From Eledone cirrhosa (taxonomy: Eukaryota): a stretch of DNA of 64,000 bases. Made by a program: the position numbers and the translations under genes. Positions 1-11,300 of the stretch are shown piece after piece. Under the pieces are notes generated by a model. The model saw only the letters and a list, made by a program, of their open reading frames with translations. It was not told where the DNA came from and did no database searches. The DNA is taken from contig OZ024753.1 of NCBI GenBank assembly GCA_964016885.1, forward strand, positions 23,560,001 to 23,624,000, written 5' to 3'. Within the stretch, counting starts at the first letter, position 1. Every line of letters starts with the position of its first letter.

Positions 1-224
1 CTACAATATTTTTCTATAATATTTCTCTATAATATTTCTGTACTATATTTCTCTCTAATATTTCTCTCGAGTATTTCTCTATAATATTACTTTATAATAT
101 TTCTCTACAATATTTCTCTACAATATTTTTCTACAATATTTCTCTATAATATTTCTCTACAATATTTATCTACAATATTTCTGTACAATATTTCTCTACA
201 ATATTTCTCGACAATATTTCTCTG

Positions 225-284
225 CAAAATAAAATACCAGTAATGCACTGTTTAATTGCTGGCCTTGTGCCTAAAGTAGAAACA
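225..284 (+). mobile_element. 3' fragment of tRNA-derived SINE inside the minisatellite (fragment 1)
   Basis: caaaataaaataccagtaatgcactgtttaattgctggccttgtgcctaaagtagaaaca matches 3948-4007 of the full copy with about 4 differences. Confidence 0.85.
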
Positions 285-1365
285 ATTATTTCTCTACAAC
301 ATTTCTCTAAAATATTTATAATATTTCTCTACAATATTCTCTACAATATTTTTCTACAATATTCTCTATAATATTTCTCTATAATTTTCTCTATAATATT
401 TCTCTATAATATTTATCTATAATATTTCTCTGCAATATTTCTCGACAATATTTCTCTACAATATTTCCCTACAATATTTCTCTATAATATTTCTCTACAA
501 TATTTCTCTACAAGATTTCTCTATAATATTTCTCTACAATATTCTCTATAATATTTCTTTACAATATTTCTCTACAATATTTCTCTATAATATTTCTCTA
601 CAATATTCTCTATAATATTTCTCTACAATATTTCTCTACAATATTTCTCTACAATATTTCTCTGCAATATTTCTCTATATTTCTCGACAATATTTCTCTA
701 TAATATTTCTCTACAATATTTCTCTACAATATTTCTCTGCAATATTTCTCTACAATATTTCTCTAGAATATTTCTCTGTAATATTTCTCTACAAACTTTC
801 TCTACAATATTTCTCTATAATATTTCTCTACAATATTTCTCTATAATATTTCTCTACAATATTTCTCTATAATATCTCTCTATAATATTTCTCTACAATA
901 TTTCTCTATAATATTTCTCTATAATATTTCTCTACAATATTTCTCTACAATATTTCTCTACAATATTTCTCTACAATATTTCTCTACAATATTTCTCTAC
1001 AATATTTCTCTAAAATATTTCTCTACAATATTTCTCTATAATATTTATCTACAATATTTCTCTATAATATTTCTCTATAATATTTCTCTACAATATTTTT
1101 CTATAATATTTTTCTACAATATTTCTCTATAATATGTCTCTACTACAATATTTTCTATAATATTTCTCTATAATATTTCTGTACTATATTTGTCTCTAAT
1201 ATTTCTCTCGAGTATTTCTCTATAATATTACTTTATAATATTTCTCTACAATATTTCTCTACAATATTTCTTTACAATATTTCTCTATAATATTTCTCTA
1301 CAATATTTATCTACAATATTTCTGTACAATATTTCTCTACAATATTTCTCGACAATATTTCTCTG

Positions 1366-1425
1366 CAAAATAAAATACCAGTAATGCACTGTTTAATTGC
1401 TGGCCTTGTGCCTAAAGTAGAAACA
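1366..1425 (+). mobile_element. 3' fragment of tRNA-derived SINE (fragment 2)
   Basis: Same sequence and same 5' breakpoint (tctctg|caaaat) as 225-284; offset 1141 bp. Confidence 0.85.
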
Positions 1426-2624
1426 ATTATTTCTCTACAATATTTCTCTAAAATATTTATAATATTTCTCTACAATATTCTCTACAATATTTTTCTACAA
1501 TATTCACTATAATATTTCTCTATAATTGTCTCTATAATATTTCTCTATAATATTTATCTATAATATTTCTCTGCAATATTTCTCGACAATATTTCTCTAT
1601 AATATTTTTCTATAATATTTCTCTATAATTTTCTCTACAATATTTCTTTACAATATTTCTCTACAATATTTCTCCACAATATTTCTCTACAATATTTCTC
1701 TACAATATTTCTCTACACTATTTCTCTATAATATTTCTCTTAATACTTCTCTATAATATTCCTCGACAATATTTCTCTCCAATATTTCACTATGATATTT
1801 ATCTACAATATATCTCGACAATATTTCTCTGTAATATTTCTCTACAATATTTCTCTATAATATTTCTCTATAATATTTTTCTACAATATTTCTCTATAAT
1901 ATTTCTCTATACTATTTATTTACAATATTTCTCTACAATATTTCTCTATATTTCTCGACAATATTTCTCTATAATATTTCTCTACAATATTTCTCTACAA
2001 TATTTCTCTGCAATATTTCTCTACAATATTTCTCTACAATATTTTTCTGTAATATTTCTCTACAAAATTTCTCTACAATATTTCTCTATAATATTTCTCT
2101 ACAATATTTCTCTATAATATTTCTCTACAATATTTCTCTATAATATTTCTCTATAATATTTCTCTACAATATTTCTCTATAATATTTCTCTATAATATTT
2201 CTCTACAATATTTCTCTACAATATTTCTCTACAATATTTCTCTACAATATTTCTCTACAATATTTCTCTAAAATATTTCTCTACAATATTTCTCTATAAT
2301 ATTTATCTACAATATTTCTCTATAATATTTCTCTATAATATTTCTCTACAATATTTTTCTATAATATTTTTCTACAATATTTCTCTATAATATATCTCTA
2401 CTACAATATTTTTCTATAATATTTCTCTATAATATTTCTGTACTATATTTCTCTCTAATATTTCTCTCGAGTATTTCTCTATAATATTACTTTATAATAT
2501 TTCTCTACAATATTTCTCTACTATATTTTTCTACAATATTTCTCTATAATATTTCTCTACAATATTTATCTACAATATTTCTGTACAATATTTCTCTACA
2601 ATATTTCTCGACAATATTTCTCTG

Positions 2625-2684
2625 CAAAATAAAATACCAGTAATGCACTGTTTAATTGCTGGCCTTGTGCCTAAAGTAGAAACA
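2625..2684 (+). mobile_element. 3' fragment of tRNA-derived SINE (fragment 3)
   Basis: Same sequence and breakpoint as 225-284; offset exactly 2400 bp. Confidence 0.85.
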
Positions 2685-3820
2685 ATTATTTCTCTACAAC
2701 ATTTCTCTAAAATATTTATAATATTTCTCTACAATATTCTCTACAATATTTTTCTACAATATTCTCTATAATATTTCTCTATAATTTTCTCTATAATATT
2801 TCTCTATAATATTTATCTATAATATTTCTCTGCAATATTTCTCGACAATATTTCTCTATAATATTTTTCTATAATATTTCTCTATAATTTTCTCTACAAT
2901 ATTTCTTTACAATATTTCTCTACAATATTCTCTATAATATTTCTCTACAATATTTCCCTACAATATTTCTCTATAATATTTCTCTACAATATTTCTCTAC
3001 AAGATTTCTCTATAATATTTCTCTACAATATTCTCTATAATATTTCTTTACAATATTTCTCTACAATATTTCTCTATAATATTTCTCTACAATATTCTCT
3101 ATAATATTTCTCTACAATATTTCTCTACAATATTTCTCTACAATATTTCTCTGCAATATTTCTCTACAATATTTCTCAATAATATTTCTCTATAATATTT
3201 CTCTACAATATTTCTCTACAATATTTCTCTACAATATTTCTGTATAATATTTCTCTATAATATTTATCTACAATATATCTATACAATATTTCTCTATAAT
3301 CTTTCTCTACAATATTTCTCTATGATATTTCTCTACAATATTTCTCTATAATAATCCTCTACAATATTTCTCTACAATATTCCTCTATAATATTCCTCTG
3401 CAATATTTCTCTATAATATTTCTCTACAATATTTCTGTATAATATTTCTCTATACTATTTCTTTACAATATTTCTCTACAATATTTCTCTACCATATATC
3501 TTTACAATATTTCTCTACAATATTTCTCTACAATATTTATCTACAATATTTATCTACAATATTTATCTACAATATATCTCTACAATATTTCTCTATAATC
3601 TTTCTCTACAATATTTCTCTATAATATTTCTCTACAATATTTCTCTGCAATAATTATCTACAATATTTCTCTAAAATATTTCTCCACAATATTCTCTGCA
3701 ATATTTCTCTACAATATTTCTCTATAATATTTCTCTACAATATTTCTCTACAAATTTGTTCTACAATATTTCTCTACGATAATTCTCTATAATATTTCAC
3801 TACATTATTTCTCTACAATA

Positions 3821-4007
3821 AGGGCGGTGGATTGGCAGTATCGGCAGGGGGTCGGACGCCATGCTTTCCAGCATAGTTACGTCCCTTTACGATCTGAGTT
3901 CAAATCCCACCGAGTATGACGTTTGTTTTTCATCCGTACGGGATCGACAAAATAAAGTACCAGTAATGCTCTGTGTAATTGCTGGCCTTGTGCCTAAAGT
4001 AGAAACA
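3821..4007 (+). mobile_element. tRNA-derived SINE, near full length with a probable internal deletion; resembles octopus SINE families
   Basis: GC-richer island with an A-box-like TGGCAGTATCGG (3833-3844) and a B-box GTTCAAATC (3898-3906). The body reads ...tttcatccgtacgggatcgacaaaataaagtaccag... and the 3' end is ggccttgtgcctaaagtagaaac. It is flanked by the direct repeat attatttctctacaata. Family assignment is from recall only. Confidence 0.8.
3833..3906 (+). promoter_or_regulatory. Type-2 RNA polymerase III internal promoter (A box and B box) of the SINE
   Basis: The B box matches GTTCRANNC exactly. The A box is a near match to TRGCNNARYNNG. The A-B spacing of ~53 nt is within the tRNA/SINE range. 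Activity is unknown. Confidence 0.6.
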
Positions 4008-4410
4008 ATTATTTCTCTACAATATTTCTCGATAATATTTTTCTACAATATTTCTCTATAATATTTATAATATTTCTCTACAATATTTTTGTATAATATT
4101 TTTCTATAATATTTCTCTATAATATTTCTCTACAATATTCTCTACAATATTTCTCTATATTATTTCTCTATAATATTTCTCAATAATATTTCTCAATAAT
4201 ATTTCTGTATAATATTTCACTACAATATTTCTCTACAATATTTCACTATAATATTTCTCTATAATATTTCTCTACAATATTTCTCTACAATGTTTCTCTA
4301 TAATATTTCTCTACACTACTTCACTACAATATTTCTCTACAAATTTTCTCTATAATATTTCTCTACGATATTTCTCGATAATATTTCACTACATTATTTC
4401 TCTCAGATAA

Positions 4411-4575
4411 GGGCTGTGGATTGGCAGTATCGGTAGAGTGTCGGACGCCATGCTTTCCATCATAGTTACGTCCCTTTACGATCTGAGTTCAAATCCCGCA
4501 GATGTTGACTTTGCTTTCATCCTTACGGGGTCGATAAAATAAAGTACCAGTAATGCACTGTGTAATTGCTGGCCT
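4411..4575 (+). mobile_element. Second SINE copy, 3'-truncated
   Basis: Colinear with 3822-3988, with an A box at 4422-4433 and a B box at 4487-4495. It ends at ...gctggcct and runs into ctataatattt. Confidence 0.8.
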
Positions 4576-5221
4576 CTATAATATTTCCCTACAATATTTC
4601 TCTACAATATTTTTCTATAATATTTTTCTATAATATTCTCTATAATATTTCTCTTTAATATTTCTCTACAATATTTCTCTACAATATTCTCTACAATATT
4701 TTTCTGCAATATTCTCTATAATATTTCGCTATAATTTTCTCTATAATATTTCTCTATAATATTTCTCTACAATATTTCTCTACAATATTTCACTATAATA
4801 TTTTTCTCTAATATTTCTCTATAATTTTCTCTACAATATTTCTTTATAATATTTCTCTACAATATTCTTTATAATATTTCTCTCTCTACAATATTTCTCT
4901 ACAATATTTCACTATAATATTTCTCTACAATATTTCTCTACAATATTTCTCTATAATATTCTCTACAATATTCTCTATAATATTTCTCTACAATATTTCT
5001 GTACAATATTTCTCTACAATATTTCTCTATAATATTTCTCTACAATATTCTGTATAATATTTCTCTACAATATTTCTTTACAATATTTCTCTATATATTT
5101 CTCTATAAAATTTCTCAATAATATTTCTCTATAATATTTCTCTACAATATTTCTATATAATATTTCTCTCTTCTTCTACCCCCCTCTCTCTAATACCTTT
5201 GACCCTCTCTACCTTTACATC

Positions 5222-5224
<3 letters not shown>

Positions 5225-5253
<29 letters not shown>
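5225..5253. repeat. (CT)14 microsatellite within a pyrimidine-rich tract (5165-5253)
   Basis: Perfect CT dinucleotide run. Confidence 0.95.
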
Positions 5254-5257
<4 letters not shown>

Positions 5258-5277
5258 ATTCTAATAATGTTTTATTA

Positions 5278-5364
5278 TTTAGGCACAAGGCCAACAGTTT
5301 TGGGGGAAGGGATGTGATATAATCGACCCTAGTGTGTAACTCCTACTTTATTTTATCGACTCCC
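5278..5364 (-). mobile_element. Inverted, 5'-truncated and diverged copy of the same SINE family
   Basis: The reverse complement reads gggagtcgataaaataaagtaggagttacacactagggtcgattatatcacatcccttcccccaaaactgttggccttgtgcctaaa. It shares gtcgataaaataaagta and tggccttgtgcctaaa with the + strand copies. Confidence 0.8.
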
Positions 5365-8300
5365 ATCAAGTAAAAAACTTGTAAAAAGCTAAGAAGAAAT
5401 TATTAGACATTAACAAAAATGTAAAGTAAAAAAATGTTTTCGATACATGATTTGAGAAAATGGATGACAGAGATTGCTAGGTTAATGGGTAAAAGTGGGA
5501 AATTGGATGACAGGGATTGCTAGGTTAATGGTTAAAGGTGAAAAAATTGATGACAGAGATTGCTAGGTTAATGGGTAAAGGTAAGGAAATGGATGACAGA
5601 GATAGCTAGGTTAATGGGTAAAGGTAAGAAAATGGATGTCAGAGATTGCTAGCTGACTGGGTAAAGCTGAGAAAATGGATGACAGTGATTGCTAGGTTAA
5701 TAGATGAAGTTGAGTAAATGAATGACATAGATTGCTAGGTTAAAGGTGAGAAAATGGATGACAGAGGCTGCTGGGTAATTGTGAGAAAATGGGTGACAGA
5801 GATTGCTAGGTTAATGGGTAAAGGCGAGTAAATGGATGAAGACCTTGCTAGGTTAATGGGTAAAGGTGAGAAAATGGATGACAGAGATTGCTAGCTTAAT
5901 GGGTAAAGGTGAGAAAATGGATGACAGAGATTGCTAGGGTAATGGGTAAAGGTGTGAAAATGGATGACAGAGAGTGCTAGGTTAATGGGTTAAGCTGAGA
6001 AATTGGATGACAGGGATTGCTAGTTAAATGGTTAAAGGTGAGAGATTGGATGACAGAGATTGCTAGGTTAATGGGTAAAGGTGATAAGTTGGATAAACAG
6101 AGATTGCTAGGTTAATGGGTAAAGGTTAGAAATTGGATGACAGTGTTTGCAAGGTTAATGGGTAAAGGTGAGAAATTGGATGACAGAAATTGCTAGGTTA
6201 ATGGGTAGAGGTGAGGAAATGTATGACAGAGATTGCTAGGTCAATGGGTAAAGGTGGGAAATTGGATGACAGAGTATGCTAGGTTAATGGGTAAAGGTAA
6301 AAAGATGGCTGGCAGAGATTACTAGGTTAATGGGTAAAGGTGAGTAAATGAATGACAGAGGTTGCTACGGTAATGAGTAAAGGAAAGGTGAGAAAATGGA
6401 TGACAGAGATGGCTAGGTTAATGGGTAGAGGTGAGGAAATGGATGACAGAGATTGCTAGGTTAATGGGTAAAGGTAAGAAAATGGGTGACAGAGATTGCT
6501 AGATCAATGGGTAAATGTGAGAAATCGGATGACAGAGATTCCTATGTTAAAGGGTAAATGTGAGAAATTGGATGACAGCGATTGCTAGGTTAATGGGTAG
6601 ATGTGAGGAAATGGATGACAGAGATTGCTAGGTTAATGGGTAAAGGTGAGAAATTGGATGACACAGTTTGCTAGGTTAATGGGTAGAGGTGTGGAAATGG
6701 ATGACAGAGATTGCTAGTTTAATGGGTAAAGGTGACAAATTGGATGACAGAGATTGCTAGGTTAATGGGTAGAGGTGAGGAAGTGGATGACAGATTACTA
6801 GGTTAATGGGTAAAGGTGAAAAAATGGATGACAGAGATAGTTATGTTATGGGGAAAAGGTGAGAAATTGGATGACAGAGATTGCTAGGTTACTGGGTAAA
6901 GGTGACAGAATGGATGAAAGAGATTGCTAGGTTTATGGGTAAAGGTAAGGAAATGGATGACAGGGATTGCTAGGTTAATAGGTAAAGGTGAGAAAATGGA
7001 TGACAGAGGTTGCTAGGTTAATGCGTAAAGGTGAGAAAATGGATGACAGAGATTGTTAGGTTAATGGGTAAAGTTGAAGAAATGGATGCCAGAGATTGCT
7101 AGGTTAATGGGTAAAGCTGAGACAATGGATGACAGAGATTGCTAGGTTAATGGGTAGAGGTGAGGAAATGTATGACAGAGATTGCTAGGTTAATGGGTAA
7201 AGGTGAGTAAATGGATGACAGAGGTTGCTAGGTTAATGAGTATAGTGAAGTTGAGAAAATGGATGACAGAGATTGCTAGGTTAATGGGTAAAGGTAAGAA
7301 TATGGGTGACAGAGATTGCTAGGTCAATGGGTAAATGTAAGAAATTGGATGACAGAGATTGCTAGGTTAATGTGTAAAGGTGAGAAGTTGGATAAACAGA
7401 GATTGCTAGGTTAATGGGTAAAGGTTAGAAATTGGATGACAGAGTTTGCTAGTTTAATGGGTAAATGTGAGAAATTGGATGACAGAAATTGCTAGGTTAA
7501 TAGGTAGAGGTGAGGAAATGTATGACAGAGAAGGCTAGGTTAATGGTTATAGGTGAGAAATTGGATGACAGTAATTGCTATGTTAATAGGTAAAGGTGAG
7601 TAAATGGATGACAGAGTTTGCTAGATTAATGAGTAAAGTAAAGATGAGAAAATGGATGACAGAGATTGTTAGGTTAATGGCTAGAGGTGAGGAAATGGAT
7701 GACAGAGATTGCTAGGTTAATGGGTAAAGATGATGTAATGTATGACAGAGTTTGCTAGGTTACTGAGTAAAGTAAAGGTGAGAAAATGGATGACAGCGAT
7801 TGCTAGGTTAATGGGTAAAGGTAAGAAAATGGGTGACAGAGATTGCTAGGTCAATGGCTAAATGTGAGAAATCGGATGACAGAGAGTCCTATGTTAAATG
7901 GTAAATGTGAGAAATTGGATGACAGAGATTGCTAGGTTAATAGGTAAAGGTGAGAAATTGGATGACAGAGATTGCTAGGTTAATGGTTAAAGTTGAGCAG
8001 TTGGATGACACAGATTGCTAGGTTAATGGGTAAAGGTGAAAAGATGGATGGCAGAGATTGCTTGGTTAATGGGTAAAGCCGAGAAAATGTTTAACAGCGA
8101 TTGCTAGGTTAATGGGTAGAGCTGAGGAAATGGATGACAGAGATTGCTAGTTTAATGGGTAAAGGTGAGGAAATGGATAACAGAGATTGCTAGGGTAATG
8201 AGTAAAGGAAAGGTGAGAACATGGATGACAGAGATTGCTAGGTCAATGGATAAATGTGAGAAATCGGATGACAAGAGGTTGCTAGGTTAATGGGTAAATG

Positions 8301-11300
8301 TGAGAAGTTGGATAACAGAGATTGCTAGGTTAATAGGTAAAGGTGAGAAATTGGATAACAGAGTTTGCTAGGTTAATGATTAAAGGTGACAAATTGGATG
8401 ACAGAGATTGCTAGGTTAATGGGTAGAGGTGAGGAAATGGATGACAGCGATTGCTAGGTTAATGGGTAAAGATGAGAAATTGGATGACAGATATTGCTAG
8501 GTTAATGAGTAAAGGTGAGTAAATGGGTGACAGAGTTTGCTAGATTAATGAGTAAAGTAAAGGTGGAAAATGGATGACAGAGATTGCTAGATTAATGGGT
8601 AAAGGAGAGAAAATGCATGACAGAGATTGCTAGGTGAATGGGTAAAGGTGAGGAAATGGATGACAGAGATTGCTAGGTTAATGGGTAAAGGTGAGGAAAT
8701 GGATGACAGAGATTGCTAGGTTAATGGGTAAAGGGACAAAATGGATGACAGAGATTGCTAGGTTAATGGGTAAATGTAAGGAAATGGATAACAGGGATTG
8801 CTAAGTTAATAGGTAAAGGTGAGTAAATGGATGACAGAGATTGTTAGGTTAATCGATAAAGGTGAGAAAATGGATGACAGAGGTTGCTAGGTTAATGGGT
8901 TATTGTGATAAAATAGGTGACAGAGATTGCTAGGGTAATGGGTAGAGGGGAGGAAATGGATGACAGAGATTGCTAGGTTAATGGGTAAAGGTAAGAAAAT
9001 GGGTGACAGAGATTGCTAGGTCAATGGGTAATGGGTAAAGGTGAGGAAATGGATGACAGGGATTACTAGGTTAATGGGTAAAGGTGAGTAAATGAATGAC
9101 AGAGGTTGCTAGGGTAATGAGTAAAGGAAAGGTGAGAAAATGGATGACAGAGATTGCTAGGTTAATGGGTAGAGGTGAGGAAATGGATGACAGAGATTGC
9201 TAGGTTAATGGGTAAAGGTAAGAAAATGGGTGACAGAGATTGCTAGGTCAATGGGTAAATGTAAGAAATTGGATGACATAGATTGCTAGGTTAATGGGTA
9301 AAGGTGATAAGTTGGATAAACAGAGATTGCTAGGTTAATGGGTAAAGGTTAGAAATTGGATGACAGTGTTTGCAAGGTTAATGGGTAAAGGTGAGAAATT
9401 TGATGAAAGAAATTGCTAGGTTAATGGGTAGAGGTGAGGAAATGTATGACAGAGATTGCTAGGTCAATGGGTAAAGGTGAGAAATTGGATGACAGAGTAT
9501 GCTAGGTTAATGGGTAAAGGTGAAAAGATGGCTGGCAGAGATTACTAGGTTAATGGGTAAAGGTGAGTAAATGAATGACAGAGGTTGCTACGGTAATGAG
9601 TAAAGGAAAGGTGAGAAAATGGATGACAGAGATGGCTAGGTTAATGGGTAGAGGTGAGGAAATGGATGACAGAGATTGCTAGGTTAATGGGTAAAGGTAA
9701 GAAAATGGGTGACAGAGATTGCTAGGTCAATGGGTAAATGTGAGAAATCGGATGACAGAGATTGCTAGGTTAATGGTTAAAGTTGAGAAATTGGATGACA
9801 GAGATTGCTAGGTTAATGGTTAAAGTTGAGAAATTGGATGACAGAGATTGCTAGGTTAATGGGTAAAGGTGAAAAGATGGCTGGCAGAGATTACTAGGTT
9901 AATGGGTAAAGGTGAGTAAATGAATGACAGAGGTTGCTACGGTAATGAGTAAAGGAAAGGTGAGAAAATGGATGACAGAGATTGCTAGGTCAATGGGTAA
10001 ATGTGAGAAATCGGATGACAGAGATTGCTAGGTTAATGGGTAAAGGTGAGAAGTTGGATAACAGAGATTGCTAGGTTAATAGGTAAAGGTGAGAAATTGG
10101 ATGACAGAGATTGCTCGGTTAATGGGTAGAGGTGAGGAAATGGATGACAGAGATTGCTAGGTTAATGTGTAAAGGTATGGAAATGGATGACAGGGATTGC
10201 TAAGTTAATAGGTAAAGGTGAGTAAATGGATGACAGAGGTTGCTATGTTAATGGGTAATTGTGATAAAATAGGTGACAGAGATTGTTAGGTTAATGGGTA
10301 AAGGTAAGAATCTGGATAACAGAGATTGCTAGGTTAATGGGTAAAGGTGTGAAAAAGGATAACAGAGATTGCTAGTTTAAAGGGTAAAGGTGAGGAAATG
10401 GAACACAGAGATTGCTAGGTTAATGGGTAAAGGTGAGAAAATGGATGACAGAGATTGCTATGTTAATGGGTAAAGGTGAGAAAATGGATGACAGAGATTG
10501 CTAGGTTAATGGGTAAAGCTGAGACAATGGATGACAGATATTACTAGGTTAAAGGGTAAAGGTGAGTAAATGGATGACAGAGGTTGCTAGGGTAATAAGT
10601 AAAGTAAAGGTGAGAAAATGGATGACAGAGATTGCTAGGTTAATGGGTAAAGGTGAGAAATTGGATGACAGATATTGCTCGGTTAATGGATAAAGCTGAG
10701 AAATTGGATGACAGAGATTGCTAGGTTAATGGGTAAAGGGGAAAAGATGGATGACAGAGATTGGTAGGTTAATGGGTAAAGCCGAGAAAATGGATGACAG
10801 CGATTGCTAGGTTAATGGGTAGATGTGAGGAAATGGATGACAGAGATTGCTAGGTTAATGGGTGAAGGTGAGAAATTGGATGACAGAGATTGCTAGGTTA
10901 ATGGGTAGAGGTGAGGAAATGGATGACAGAGTTACTAGGTTAATGGGTAAAGGTGAGTAAATGAATGACAGAGGTTGCTAGGGTAATGAGTAAAGGAAAG
11001 GTGAGAACTTGGATGACAGAGATTGCTAGGTCAATGGGTAAATGTGAAAAGTCGGATGACAAGAGATTGCTAGGTTAATGGGTAAATGTGAGAAGTTGGA
11101 TGACAGAGATTGCTAGGTTAATAGGTAAAGGTGAGAAATTGGATGACAGAGTTTGCTAGGTTAATGGGTAGAGGTGAGGAAATGGATGACAGAGATTGCT
11201 AGGTTAATGATTAAAGGTGACAAATTGGATGACAGAGATTGCTAGGTTAATGGGTAGAGGTGAGGAAATGGATGACAACGATTGCTAGGTTAATGGGCAA

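Larger units (their letters stand above)
1..5168. repeat. 13-bp AT-rich minisatellite, consensus AATATTTCTCTA(C/T); continues past the left window edge
   Basis: Tandem iteration is directly visible (e.g. 2195-2270). The ...CTAC and ...CTAT variants are intermixed. The + strand consensus has no G, and each unit contains the palindrome AATATT. The array is interrupted only by SINE-derived segments. Confidence 0.98.

Noticed and set aside
3821-3912. Functional tRNA gene
   Set aside because: A and B boxes are present, but I could not build a convincing cloverleaf or anticodon arm. The head continues into a body and tail shared with other copies, which is typical of a SINE. tRNAscan-SE would settle it.
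3861-4061. 66-aa ORF from the supplied track
   Set aside because: It lies within the SINE and runs into the minisatellite. The paralogous copy at 4450 has indels and a truncation, and the peptide has no recognisable domain, so it is a chance ORF.
1-5168. Information-bearing binary pattern in the C/T alternation of the 13-mer
   Set aside because: The recurring patterns are explained by the 1.2/2.4-kb duplications plus slippage; nothing supports a coding role.
5365-5452. Promoter, terminal inverted repeat or Helitron end in the A-rich spacer before the satellite
   Set aside because: No recognisable motif, hairpin or matching terminus was found; it is low-complexity A-rich sequence only.
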